From: a virus
Strand: one strand, 5' to 3'
Virus record (IMG/VR): IMGVR_UViG_3300045988_054358
Length of the DNA: 42,174 bases
Notes under the pieces: generated by a model
Seen by the model: only the letters and a program-made list of their open reading frames with translations
Told to the model about the DNA's origin: nothing
Database searches by the model: none
Position numbers and translations under genes: made by a program
Part shown: positions 16,599 through 26,653 of the stretch, one piece after another
How the letters are laid out: every line of letters starts with the position of its first letter
How positions within the stretch are numbered: the first letter of the stretch is position 1

Positions 16599-17444
16599 TT
16601 AATAACCACAGGCATACCACCCACGTGTGAGCGTATCCCTGTAATCATCTTGGTTATAGCCGTGTGGTTCAAACGATGTAGTTGATATAGAATTAACGAA
16701 CACAGGGTCAATTACCCCGACACACGCCACACAGGGAATACTAGTGAAGGGCCATCCAAAGGATCTAGTACCCCTTCCTTGCGCCGTATCCCCCTGCTCA
16801 ATAAACCCATCAGACCACTTGCGGTACCACATAGTGCCTTTATTTGCAACTGTGGTTACATAAGCATTGGGGGTAGGCCCAGACGATCCAGCAGGCCCCT
16901 GTGGACCACGAGGACCGGTATCTCCCCTGTCACCCTTATCACCCTTAGGAATACCAAATGTAAACACAGGAGCCGCATCAGTTCCTGATTTAGTTACTGT
17001 AGCGGCACTTCCTGAATCAAGAGTTTTAGCGGCTACTGAGATAGTCGGGGGTGTCACCAAGAACCCCGAATCATTAGAAAGCTGAGATGTCTTAGTAGGA
17101 ATCTTATTATTGATGGTATTCAGAGTAGTCTGTAAGTTAGTCACATCAGCTACAGCATGAGTATGAGCCTTGTTGGCTTTACCTGCAAGCCCATCTGTAA
17201 GGGCCTTAGTAGTAGCATAGTCCCCTTTAGGTTGCTTACCATCAAGGGTAGTCTGAAGGTTAGTCACATTAGAGATACTGTGTGTATGACTTTCAGATGC
17301 CATAGGGTAGTTAGTACCAGCAGTACCACTCATGCCTACCCACTTCTTCTTTGTCTTATCCCAGACTAACTGACCCTCAACACCAGCATAAGCATTGATC
17401 TGTGCAGTAGTACCAGTTAATTGTTTTCTTTGTTTAATTGCCAT
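16599..17444 (-). CDS. second tail-fiber or receptor-binding protein with a collagen-like segment
   Basis: 281 aa. Two copies of the HTH..ADVTNLQTTL.GKQ.KGDYATTKALTDGLAGKAN module also present in the main fiber. GDKGDRGDTGPRGPQGPAG collagen-like run. Immediately followed by Tfa. Confidence 0.65.
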   Translation of the reverse strand: MAIKQRKQLTGTTAQINAYAGVEGQLVWDKTKKKWVGMSGTAGTNYPMASESHTHSISNVTNLQTTLDGKQPKGDYATTKALTDGLAGKANKAHTHAVADVTNLQTTLNTINNKIPTKTSQLSNDSGFLVTPPTISVAAKTLDSGSAATVTKSGTDAAPVFTFGIPKGDKGDRGDTGPRGPQGPAGSSGPTPNAYVTTVANKGTMWYRKWSDGFIEQGDTAQGRGTRSFGWPFTSIPCVACVGVIDPVFVNSISTTSFEPHGYNQDDYRDTLTRGWYACGY

Positions 17445-17452
17445 AATTCACT

Positions 17453-19867
17453 TTAAGGGGTACCTAAGTCCCCGTAATCTACAAATCCTTCAAAAGTAGC
17501 AACACTAAGTTTACCATTAAGTGCATCCTGAAGACCAGTCACATTAGCTACCGTATGGGTATGTGATGTGTTAGCCTTACCAGCAAGCCCATCTGTAAGA
17601 GCTGTAGTTGTCGCATAGCTCCCCTTGGCTTGCTTACCATCAAGAGCAGTCTGAAGACCCGTAACGTTAGCTATAGTGTGCGTATGGGATGCATTAGCTT
17701 TACCTGCAAGACCATCTGTAAGAGCCTTAGAGGTAGCATAATCGCCCTTAGCCTGCTTGCCATCAAGAGCAGTCTGAAGACCAGTCACATCAGCTACAGC
17801 ATGGGTATGAGCCTTGTTGGCTTTACCTTCAAGACCAGTACTAAGAGCCGTAGCTGTAGCATAGATACTCAGATCAGGTTTATTCTTAATGAAATCCTTC
17901 TGAGTACTATCGGACTGATTCCAGTCAGACTGAAGCTGACCTGTAGATGCCTGATCAGCATAACTTCTAGCTAAATCTGCCTGTTTCTTAGCTTCAGCTT
18001 CAGAAGCCTTAGCTTTATCCGCAGAACTACTAGCAGATTCCTTATGGGTAGCCGCAGTGTCCTCAGAGAGCTTAGCCGCCTTAGCTGAGTTAGCACTAGC
18101 AGTAGCCTGTGTGGTAGCTGTAGTGGCACTACTAGCAGAACTCTTTGCGCTAGCATCTGCCTGACTAGCTGAGGTACTAGCAGAGGTTGCACTAGCTTCA
18201 GCTTCAGAAGCCTTAGTAGTAGCAATGGTAGCCTGAGCAGTAGCCTTAGTTACCTCAGCCTTAGCTAAGTTAACCTGCTTAGTACCTTCAGCCTGTACGG
18301 ACTGCACAGAGGTAGCTTCAGCATCAGTCACCTTCTTTACAGAGCTAGTACCAGCATCAGTTACTCTAGTTACCTGTTTGGTACCCTCAGCAGTAACCAA
18401 GGCAGTCTGTTGCTTAGCAATATTGGCTTGCTCAGTAGCCTTAGTTACTTCAGCCTTAGCTAAGTTAACCTGTTTAGTACCCTCATCAGTCACTTGCTTG
18501 ACAGCTGAGGCAACAGCCTGATTAACTGCCTGACCCCCATCAGTCTTAGCCTTGTTAGCATAATACTTAGCAGAATACTCAGTATCATCAACAGTGCCAT
18601 CCATCTTGTTAGCCCAGTCCTTTGCAAGACTAGCACTACCTGATGCACTCACCTTAGATGCCTGAGCACTAGCTTCAGCACTACTCGCATTAGTAGCACT
18701 TGTTTCAGCACTCTTAGATGCCTTCTCAGCTCTTGTGGTAAGGCTAGTGACAGTGTTAACTGACTCAATAACTGTCTCAAAGTCAGGAGCTAAGCCTGCA
18801 ACAGTACGGACTGACTCAATGTTGTCTGCAACAACCTTGATGTTACCACCAGTGATTGTCGGTGAGGGAGCACTCGGATTCCCTAAGTCCCCATAGTCAT
18901 CATAGAGGGTATCTGAAAGAGAACCTGTAAGGTCGTTACCTACAATGTTAATGTTGCTGATACTATTTGAGTCAGTAACAACACTATCAATGTTATCAGC
19001 TACGACCTTAATCTCAGGAGCAATAGGGACAATGACATTAGCTACTGAGGTAACCGCCTCTTCAGATTTCTTAGCGTTAACCTCAGATTCCTTAGCGTTC
19101 TTAGCACTAAGGACAGCCTCATCAGCTCTTGCTACAGTGATTGCAGTGTTATCTTTGGTTTCCTTATGGAGAACCCGATCCTCTGCAATGATCTCTCTAG
19201 CTTCCTTAATGATAGCTCTATTCTCAGTCCTTACTTCATCAGCATGAGCAGAGGCACTTACAGCATTCTCTTCAGAAGTCTTAGCCTTTGTCTCAGACAG
19301 CTTAGCATTCTCTTCGGACTTCTTAGAGTTAGTCTCAGCTTCAACAGCTCTGTCTCTAGCTTTCTCTGCGGCAATCTTTGAATGAAGGGCACCTAAAGCA
19401 TCAGCCTTATAGATGCCATAAGTCATAGCATCGTTATCAGCTACAGGGGTACCAACATTGATAATTCTCTTGTTTCTAGCATCCCAGTTATTCTCTCTGT
19501 CGACAACAAGAGCATCATTGATGACATCACGTGCTTCTTCAGCAATATGAAAAGCCTGAACTTGAGCAGTATCCAAGTCCTTAGAGTACAACACAGAGCC
19601 ATCTCTAAAAGATGCCACTCTTTCTTTAACTGAGGTATATCTTCGGATAGTGATTGTCTGTGCTGTAGTAGGGACAATCTTTCTCAGTCTGATTGTAGTA
19701 GCATCCACAAAGTAATAGTCCGCAGAAGTATCTGTAGTGCTACCACCTTTGAGTTCTGTAACGGAATCTAAAAGAACCTTCACAAAACTCTTTCTAAGGT
19801 AATCGAAGGGTACTGCAAAATCAGTAGTACTTCCATCACCCCTATAAATAATAAGTGTGTTTGCCAT
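17453..19867 (-). CDS. tail fiber protein (T7 gp17-like N-terminus, long Ala/Ser/Lys-rich repetitive shaft)
   Basis: 804 aa. N-terminal MANTLIIYRGDGSTTDFAVPFDYLRKSFVKV...HIAEEARD is equivalent to the gp17 tail-attachment domain. The C-terminus carries three copies of the 32-aa module. Confidence 0.85.
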   Translation of the reverse strand: MANTLIIYRGDGSTTDFAVPFDYLRKSFVKVLLDSVTELKGGSTTDTSADYYFVDATTIRLRKIVPTTAQTITIRRYTSVKERVASFRDGSVLYSKDLDTAQVQAFHIAEEARDVINDALVVDRENNWDARNKRIINVGTPVADNDAMTYGIYKADALGALHSKIAAEKARDRAVEAETNSKKSEENAKLSETKAKTSEENAVSASAHADEVRTENRAIIKEAREIIAEDRVLHKETKDNTAITVARADEAVLSAKNAKESEVNAKKSEEAVTSVANVIVPIAPEIKVVADNIDSVVTDSNSISNINIVGNDLTGSLSDTLYDDYGDLGNPSAPSPTITGGNIKVVADNIESVRTVAGLAPDFETVIESVNTVTSLTTRAEKASKSAETSATNASSAEASAQASKVSASGSASLAKDWANKMDGTVDDTEYSAKYYANKAKTDGGQAVNQAVASAVKQVTDEGTKQVNLAKAEVTKATEQANIAKQQTALVTAEGTKQVTRVTDAGTSSVKKVTDAEATSVQSVQAEGTKQVNLAKAEVTKATAQATIATTKASEAEASATSASTSASQADASAKSSASSATTATTQATASANSAKAAKLSEDTAATHKESASSSADKAKASEAEAKKQADLARSYADQASTGQLQSDWNQSDSTQKDFIKNKPDLSIYATATALSTGLEGKANKAHTHAVADVTGLQTALDGKQAKGDYATSKALTDGLAGKANASHTHTIANVTGLQTALDGKQAKGSYATTTALTDGLAGKANTSHTHTVANVTGLQDALNGKLSVATFEGFVDYGDLGTP

Positions 19868-22800
19868 TTATTTGTTATCTATATGTTCATAAGCAGTTTC
19901 CTTAAGTTGATTCTTTAAGTAATCAACATTAGGAATTACTGCAAGGAAATCTCTTACAAGAGCCTTTTGGGATCTCTTAAGGTTTCTATCTATTTCAGCA
20001 TCACTATAAGTACCCTCACCTTCAAGATATGTATAACGAATAATATTAGCCATATCCGCAGGGGTTCTTAAAGCAGTATTAAGCATTCTAGCCGCTGGAA
20101 AGAAGTCTACAATGTTCTCAACAGAGAAAGGCTCAAATTCACCTGTCTTAGCTCTTGGTGTAGTAGTAGACTTTAAGTCACCACCAACAAAAGGACTAAG
20201 AGGTAAAGAAATAGCGGCATACATCCCTGAGCGTAATCCTGCATTCATAAGAAACCTAAAGAAGGTTCCATAATCTGCTTCGTCAAGAGATTCTACACCA
20301 TAGTTTCTTTTCCACCACCTCTTTCTGTCTTCATCAGACATACCAGCAGTTTTAGCACTAGACTGTGCAATAACACCTAACCCTGCAAGAGCTGTTGAAA
20401 TACTATGTGTCTGAAGTTGTCCAATAGCATCACCTTCTTCGAATCTATGGATAGACTTCATAAATCTATTATTCCAAGAGGCTAATGCAAAAGTCTTAAA
20501 CTGGAATAAAAGACCAAGGAGAGGGGAGGCTTTAGATCCCTGCCAAAGCATAGTGTTAGCTAAAGAATTCCTTTGGATACACTCAGAAGCCACATAGTTT
20601 CCCAAACGTCTCAAAGTAAACATAGCTCTTGGATCATTAAGTAATGCCATATGGTCAGTCACTTTGAAACCCATGGAGGCATCTGCAATAGCAACAGGCT
20701 CAAAGGCTTTTCTCATGGCAGTTTCAAGGTGCTTAAAATCAGCCATAGAAACACCTGCTCTTCTTAGAGTAGTCCTATTGAGAAACCCCTTAGCCCAACC
20801 TTTAGGATCACCTAAAGGAGAAGACTTATAGAGATACCTCATGTATTCCCCTAAGAACTCATCTTGGGCAGTCTTAACGATGCTTTCCTGAGTGGCATTA
20901 AGGAATCTAGTTAAAGGAGACCACTCAGCTAACTGTGCTGTGCCTGCCACAAGTTTAGCACTAATAGAGCCTTCACCATACTTGTACTCAGCTCTTGCTA
21001 AAGTTTCATCCCAAAGCCTAAGCCCTCTAGTTTCATAACCAAAGAGCATATTCATAAAGGAACGTCTCCATTCAGGAGTATATTCACCTTTAGACCAGCT
21101 TGAGAATTTACCTGCAAGACCCGGAATAGACTTAATAAAGAAGGTGCCCCCATAAGCCTTAACAGCTTCAGCCTGCTCAGTTAAATTCAAGAGACCCATG
21201 TAACCATTAGATGTAAAGAAAGTCAGATTACGAGCAATATCGGCAATAGCACTTAAGACACCTCTAGCTTCATCAGTGTCCCTTTCGGTAGTCCTATAGA
21301 TAGCCCTTTCTACTGTATCCATAACTCTCTGAACAGCTTTCTCTTGGGAATCTCTCAAAGAAGGCTTAACTGCATTAGCTTCAGCCTTAACGTACTTCTT
21401 AAGCTCCTTCTTTAGTTTTTGCCTAATAGAACCCTTAGCATCAGTACGTGCCCCAAACAGAGAAGAAGCAATAGCATCCCCTGTAGTCTTTCTGCCATAA
21501 GCCATAAGGGTCTGAATGGGATCAGCTCTGAGTTGGTCTACTCTCCAACCATCTGTATCTTCATAACGATGGTTCCAAGGAGTACGCCTATGCTGATAAC
21601 TTGCCAAGAAAGCTACATCTTCACCATTAGCATTTACAGACTTACTTTGATCGACATAACCAAAAGCATCCTTTCCTGCTTGTTTCTTAGCCCACTCAAC
21701 AAACTCTGCATCAGTAGCTTCAGCAGTATCCACACCTTTAGCCTTAAGGCTATTCATCCAGAATTCCTTAAGTCTCTGTCTATCTGTGGGATTATCAAGA
21801 GTCTTCAAAAGAAGCTTCTTAACTTTATCTGAGAGTAACTTCTTGGCAGTATTATAGTCTTTAGCTTCAGGGAACAGCTCTGACATCCACCTTTTAGCTC
21901 TATTCCAATCTGTTCTAAAAGGAAAATAGTTTTTACCAAAGTCCCCAACTTCTACCCCTGCATTACGCAGTTTAGCAAATTGACCATCAATGTAGCCTCT
22001 CATGTCTTTAATAATATTATCAAAGCCTTCTACCTGATGCAACTTAGAGGTACTAGGCATTCTACCTTCAAGGGCATCAAACATAGCCTGTCGGAGGCCT
22101 TCAGGATCATCATAGAGTTCTTGAAGTTTCCTAAGAGTATCCTGAGCTTTATCAGAGATACGTCTAAGATGAATCTCATCGTCTCTAATGAGTTCTTCTA
22201 CCGTCTGAAGTCCTTCAGGTGCCTGAGTATACCCTGTAGCAGTCTTTCGTCCCTTTTGGGAAATAAAGACTTTATTAAGCATCCTTTTAGTAGCTTCATT
22301 CTTAATTACTTCATCATAGGCACCCTCAAGAGACCAAAAAGGATTAGCATTTTTGATTCTTGTAAGGGTATCTGAAGCAAACTCTTTGACGGCATTAGGG
22401 GTATTATCTTGAATAACTTTAGCTACCTTTTTGGCTCCATCAGAAGCCTTACCACCAGCAGTATATAAAGTATTATTGATAAGGTCTGACTTAGTGGCTG
22501 TCTCTTCAAGGGCATCACTAACACCACGCATACCCCTGATAAACTGTGTTGCTCCCACAAGACCACCAAGAGTAGCCCCTCCAAGGATAGTGCTATAGGT
22601 AATCTCTTGTTCAATACCTGTGCCCTGTTCTTCAGCTACAGCAGAACCCATGCCCATAAGGGCACCTGTAAGAATAGCTTTAGGGACTGTTGCTCCTGCC
22701 GTTACTGGAATAGTCAAGAGGTCTACAGGATTACCAAGCATATTACCAAGACCAGACTGAAGAGAATCTACAAGTCCAGCCTTGGCAACACTTTGGGCAT

Positions 22801-23125
22801 AATGGACATTATCCTTATAGTTATCAATAAGAGGCTGGATGTCTTCAGGTTTAGTAATCTTATTCAGGATGTGCCTCATAGCAGTATCATTCCAGTTTAC
22901 TGCCTGTCCAACCTTCATGATTTCTTCTTCAGAAGGGACATAGTCAGAGTCTTCAGCATTAAAAGAACCTGTAATCCCTGCTTCCCTAAAGTAGTTACCT
23001 AAAGGACTACGCTTGAGACCTTCAACGAACCCTACTTCATCGTCCGCTTGCTGAATATAAGTCTCAGGTTCTTTAGGGGTGGTATCAATAAAATACCCCC
23101 TAGAGTAAGTATTAGGAATAGGCAC
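19868..23125 (-). CDS. internal virion protein D (gp16-like)
   Basis: 1085 aa. Size and position (after gp15, before the fiber) match T7 gp16. Confidence 0.65.
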   Translation of the reverse strand: MPIPNTYSRGYFIDTTPKEPETYIQQADDEVGFVEGLKRSPLGNYFREAGITGSFNAEDSDYVPSEEEIMKVGQAVNWNDTAMRHILNKITKPEDIQPLIDNYKDNVHYAQSVAKAGLVDSLQSGLGNMLGNPVDLLTIPVTAGATVPKAILTGALMGMGSAVAEEQGTGIEQEITYSTILGGATLGGLVGATQFIRGMRGVSDALEETATKSDLINNTLYTAGGKASDGAKKVAKVIQDNTPNAVKEFASDTLTRIKNANPFWSLEGAYDEVIKNEATKRMLNKVFISQKGRKTATGYTQAPEGLQTVEELIRDDEIHLRRISDKAQDTLRKLQELYDDPEGLRQAMFDALEGRMPSTSKLHQVEGFDNIIKDMRGYIDGQFAKLRNAGVEVGDFGKNYFPFRTDWNRAKRWMSELFPEAKDYNTAKKLLSDKVKKLLLKTLDNPTDRQRLKEFWMNSLKAKGVDTAEATDAEFVEWAKKQAGKDAFGYVDQSKSVNANGEDVAFLASYQHRRTPWNHRYEDTDGWRVDQLRADPIQTLMAYGRKTTGDAIASSLFGARTDAKGSIRQKLKKELKKYVKAEANAVKPSLRDSQEKAVQRVMDTVERAIYRTTERDTDEARGVLSAIADIARNLTFFTSNGYMGLLNLTEQAEAVKAYGGTFFIKSIPGLAGKFSSWSKGEYTPEWRRSFMNMLFGYETRGLRLWDETLARAEYKYGEGSISAKLVAGTAQLAEWSPLTRFLNATQESIVKTAQDEFLGEYMRYLYKSSPLGDPKGWAKGFLNRTTLRRAGVSMADFKHLETAMRKAFEPVAIADASMGFKVTDHMALLNDPRAMFTLRRLGNYVASECIQRNSLANTMLWQGSKASPLLGLLFQFKTFALASWNNRFMKSIHRFEEGDAIGQLQTHSISTALAGLGVIAQSSAKTAGMSDEDRKRWWKRNYGVESLDEADYGTFFRFLMNAGLRSGMYAAISLPLSPFVGGDLKSTTTPRAKTGEFEPFSVENIVDFFPAARMLNTALRTPADMANIIRYTYLEGEGTYSDAEIDRNLKRSQKALVRDFLAVIPNVDYLKNQLKETAYEHIDNK

Positions 23126-25254
23126 TAGTCACTCCCTCCTTCCACAGGGTTATTAAGAGTCTTTGTAATAATCTTCTTAGTTACACCCCAAGACTTATAA
23201 TCAGCTGTTTGTTTCTTAGTGAACTCATCCCCAAGTGCCTTAATGTCTGCCATGCTGTACCTCTTTAAGACAGTAACATAGTTCTGTCCAATAACATCAA
23301 TAGTACCCCTCAGCATATTAAACCTTACGGAACCAACAGGCTTCTTAAGAGACTCAATGTTCTCATCAAGGAGCTTGGTGGTAAGGTCATTATTATTGAG
23401 ACCACTAGAACTTAAGAGATTATTAGGAATGAAGGTACCACGAAACTTTGTATGGGAACTAAGAAGCTGATTCTTGGCGGCCTCAAATGCTTTATCTGCT
23501 TTAAGCCCTGTGTGAACGATAGCACTAGCAGAACTAGTCAAGAGATAATTTCTTGAATAAAAATCTTCATAGTTCCCTACCTCTTTCGAGATAAGATTAA
23601 GAAGATTCTCTCTAGTGGCTCTTGAGTTATAATCCTGAGCACCCTTAAGTTTATTCAAGTCTCTCATACTGTGAATAATCTCTTGAAAGGAGATACCACT
23701 AGCTTTAGCCATTAAGATAGAACCAATAGCCTCAGTAGACTTGTTTCCTGTCCTAGCTACTACCTGATGGAACACATTAGGGTCTTTAGCATAGAGTGTC
23801 CCTAAGAACTGAATCTCCATGGGGATATGTTCATTATCAGGAATCTCAGCCTTTGGATCATTTATATAACCCTCAATAAGAGATAACCCAGCAGTACTAT
23901 AGGTATTCAAGAACTTAGCCGCAGGATTATTAGCTTCAACTGAGGTGTTCCCTGCTACAGCTACAATTTCATCATCAGTAATACGCCCACTAAGGCGCTC
24001 CATAGTGAACCACTCTTTGAACTGGTTCTCAGTAAACCCTACAACACCCTTCTGACCAGCAGGGGGCACAGCACCTACTTTTGCCGCATCCCAATATTTC
24101 CTACAGTTAATGAATGCCTCTGCATTAGCTTTAGCCTTTTCTGCTTCACCTGCGGCTTTCTTCTGAAGAGCAAATCTGTTATCTTTGATTTTTTCAGACG
24201 CCCTAAAAAGCTCTTCAGTCTGCCAAGTCTTAACATTACCGTTAGCCTTAAGCATATCGTCAAGCATTTGATTAACGGTATTCAGGTCATCCTTCTTGAC
24301 TAACTCATTGACACCAGCAGAAAAAGCATACTTATCAGAAGCATCTTGAGAAGCCCTATAGGCTACAGCCTTAGTAATCAGGGGATCAATTAAGTCCTTA
24401 TCAAACTTTCTCCCCTGAAGACCAATCATGTCTTTACCGATAAGTCCCTTAAGGATTTCAGCTCCATTAGGACTTTCAGCAATAGCCTGAAGATGCTCCT
24501 TAAGCTGTCCCTCCCAAGAATCAGGAGTCTGATGGTATCCCCCTGAATTATACATTAAGGAGAAACCATTAAGGGCACTCGCAGTATCATGCACGGTTCC
24601 ATCTTCAAGACCCTGTTGGAACAGTGCAATATTAGCATTCTTGTCTTCCTGAAGCTTAATCCCCTGTTCTCTCTTTTGGTGCATCTTCATTGCACTCAAA
24701 CGATTAGCAGGGGATTGTGCCCAGAAGGACTCTTCAAAGATTTTACCTGAGAATTCTCCCTGAGTATCATCATTGATCTCAGAGAGTTTTTCTCTCATAA
24801 ACTTATAATGCTCTGCATCAAGTTCTGCTTCAGATAAACCCTTAAAGTCTCCATCTTGGATTCTCTGTTGGAATTCAGTTTCAGCTAATCCAGAATAAAT
24901 AGAGCCATACTTGGTCTTAAAGACCTTCATGGCAATGGGGTCGTTCTGAAAGGGTAAACCTTTAGCCTTAATGTGATCTTGATATTCCTGAAGTGAATGC
25001 GACTGAAGATACTTATCGACATCCTTAGAGACATCCTTCTCGTATTCATCAGCTACAGCATTCAGTCCAGAAAGAACACCTGAGGCTACATTAAGCCAAT
25101 CAGTCTCTTCTTTAATACCGCCCTGATAGGGCTTACTAATAGAAGGTGTTCTCCCCTGATAACCTGAGAGTTTCCCTAAGCCTAAACTAAAAGAAGCCCA
25201 TTGACCCCATGAAGTTTTAGCAGAAGTACTGCCATAGTTACTCTTAAAAGGCAT
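23125..25254 (-). CDS. internal virion protein C (gp15-like)
   Basis: 709 aa. Assigned by position and size. Confidence 0.6.
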   Translation of the reverse strand: MPFKSNYGSTSAKTSWGQWASFSLGLGKLSGYQGRTPSISKPYQGGIKEETDWLNVASGVLSGLNAVADEYEKDVSKDVDKYLQSHSLQEYQDHIKAKGLPFQNDPIAMKVFKTKYGSIYSGLAETEFQQRIQDGDFKGLSEAELDAEHYKFMREKLSEINDDTQGEFSGKIFEESFWAQSPANRLSAMKMHQKREQGIKLQEDKNANIALFQQGLEDGTVHDTASALNGFSLMYNSGGYHQTPDSWEGQLKEHLQAIAESPNGAEILKGLIGKDMIGLQGRKFDKDLIDPLITKAVAYRASQDASDKYAFSAGVNELVKKDDLNTVNQMLDDMLKANGNVKTWQTEELFRASEKIKDNRFALQKKAAGEAEKAKANAEAFINCRKYWDAAKVGAVPPAGQKGVVGFTENQFKEWFTMERLSGRITDDEIVAVAGNTSVEANNPAAKFLNTYSTAGLSLIEGYINDPKAEIPDNEHIPMEIQFLGTLYAKDPNVFHQVVARTGNKSTEAIGSILMAKASGISFQEIIHSMRDLNKLKGAQDYNSRATRENLLNLISKEVGNYEDFYSRNYLLTSSASAIVHTGLKADKAFEAAKNQLLSSHTKFRGTFIPNNLLSSSGLNNNDLTTKLLDENIESLKKPVGSVRFNMLRGTIDVIGQNYVTVLKRYSMADIKALGDEFTKKQTADYKSWGVTKKIITKTLNNPVEGGSD

Positions 25255-26216
25255 TAATAATACGTCCCTCTTCTGTTATTTGGGCCTACATAAGATCTGA
25301 AGGTCTTATAATAGTTCATATACTTATTCATATTATTATAATAAGTACCCCAGTTATTCATCACATTAGACCAACCACCAGCCCAGCTAAAGCTACTACC
25401 AGCGACACTTGAAGCAAGTCCTGTGTTAGACAAAGCACTTACACCTAAGCCACCAGTACTCGAACTAGCTCCTACACCTAAAGAACTTAAAGCACTACTA
25501 GAGGCACCCGCAGAACCAGCAGAGCCTAAAAGACCAAAGCTAGAGCCACCACCTAATGTAGCCGCTCCTGCTCCCCCAAGAGTAGAACTTCCTGCTCCTG
25601 TAAGACCAGCAGAAGCCCCTGTGGCACCCGCAGTTAACCCAGTTCCAGAAGCTCCTCCCATGGCGCCACCCATGAAGGCACCACCGACAGCACCCCCAAA
25701 GTAGCCCATAGCAACACCTTGGGCAGTAGAATCAGCAATCTTCCAGAAGGCATTCCATCCTTTAGTGATCTGTGCCTGATATTGGGCATGAAGATTCTGG
25801 ACATCCTGAGAGTATTCCACATGGAGGGAATCTTTCTTAGACTTGATGGAGTAAATAGCATTCTCGTAGCTACTCTGAATGTTATCCTTCTGTCTCTCAG
25901 ATTGCCCTCTAACATCTCTAGCAACAGCCCTCTGTGAACGTCCTTCAAGCCCCGACTCACCAAGAGAGGCTTCTACAAGAGAATTATTACGGAGTCCATT
26001 AAGAGACAGTTGGTACATCTCTGAGATAGCACCATCACGCTCATACACAGCTTGCTTATCAAGTTCATTCTGTGCATAAGAGTAATTTCTGTTCATTACA
26101 GCTAGGTTTTTGTTGAAAGCTTTAATTACTTTCTTGTTAGCCTTACGGACATTAAGGCCACCACTAGAGAACCCTGCAATCCCACCAATAACTGCACCAG
26201 CAATTACACCACTCAT
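25254..26216 (-). CDS. internal virion protein B (gp14-like), Gly/Ala/Ser-rich C-terminus
   Basis: 320 aa. N-terminal TM segment. Assigned by position. Confidence 0.55.
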   Translation of the reverse strand: MSGVIAGAVIGGIAGFSSGGLNVRKANKKVIKAFNKNLAVMNRNYSYAQNELDKQAVYERDGAISEMYQLSLNGLRNNSLVEASLGESGLEGRSQRAVARDVRGQSERQKDNIQSSYENAIYSIKSKKDSLHVEYSQDVQNLHAQYQAQITKGWNAFWKIADSTAQGVAMGYFGGAVGGAFMGGAMGGASGTGLTAGATGASAGLTGAGSSTLGGAGAATLGGGSSFGLLGSAGSAGASSSALSSLGVGASSSTGGLGVSALSNTGLASSVAGSSFSWAGGWSNVMNNWGTYYNNMNKYMNYYKTFRSYVGPNNRRGTYY

Positions 26217-26653
26217 TTATTCTCCTTATTGGTAGTCAATAGTTCCCACTCATCTGTAAACTCTTTCTCAGCATCTTTAGTATTAGTAGCTGTTACTTTA
26301 CACAGCATTGTTACATAGGTATCTTCATAGGCATAAAAAATACTACGTCTATTGGGTTCACCAAAGATGGTGCAATACCCATTGATACCTTGAATTTTAA
26401 TACCATCAGATACAAAACAAGAACCACTAATGACCAATGTAGTAGGAACCTTAATGAGTGCTCCCATAATCATGGCACCCTTGGGAAGGAACATGGTTCT
26501 AGTATAAATCCCCCCATGAACATAATCATAAATAGGGGGATCAAACTGTCTAGGGTGCTCCTTAAGGCACCCATAGACTTCCCCACAGATTCTCTCAGTT
26601 TCCTTAGTGACAGCCCCTAGAACACTATCAAACCTTTTGAGTACGTCTGACAT
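26213..26653 (-). CDS. internal virion protein A (gp13-like)
   Basis: ORF 26213..26710 trimmed to the internal ATG MSDVLKRF. Assigned by position. Confidence 0.45.
   Translation of the reverse strand: MSDVLKRFDSVLGAVTKETERICGEVYGCLKEHPRQFDPPIYDYVHGGIYTRTMFLPKGAMIMGALIKVPTTLVISGSCFVSDGIKIQGINGYCTIFGEPNRRSIFYAYEDTYVTMLCKVTATNTKDAEKEFTDEWELLTTNKENK

Noticed and set aside
16779-17085. Pro/Gly/Arg-rich plus-strand ORFs (16779..16988, 16867..17085) and the Pro/Ala-rich ORF 25423..25704
   Set aside because: These are reverse-strand readings of the collagen-like and Gly/Ala/Ser-rich low-complexity segments of the fiber-like and gp14-like genes, so they are compositional artifacts.
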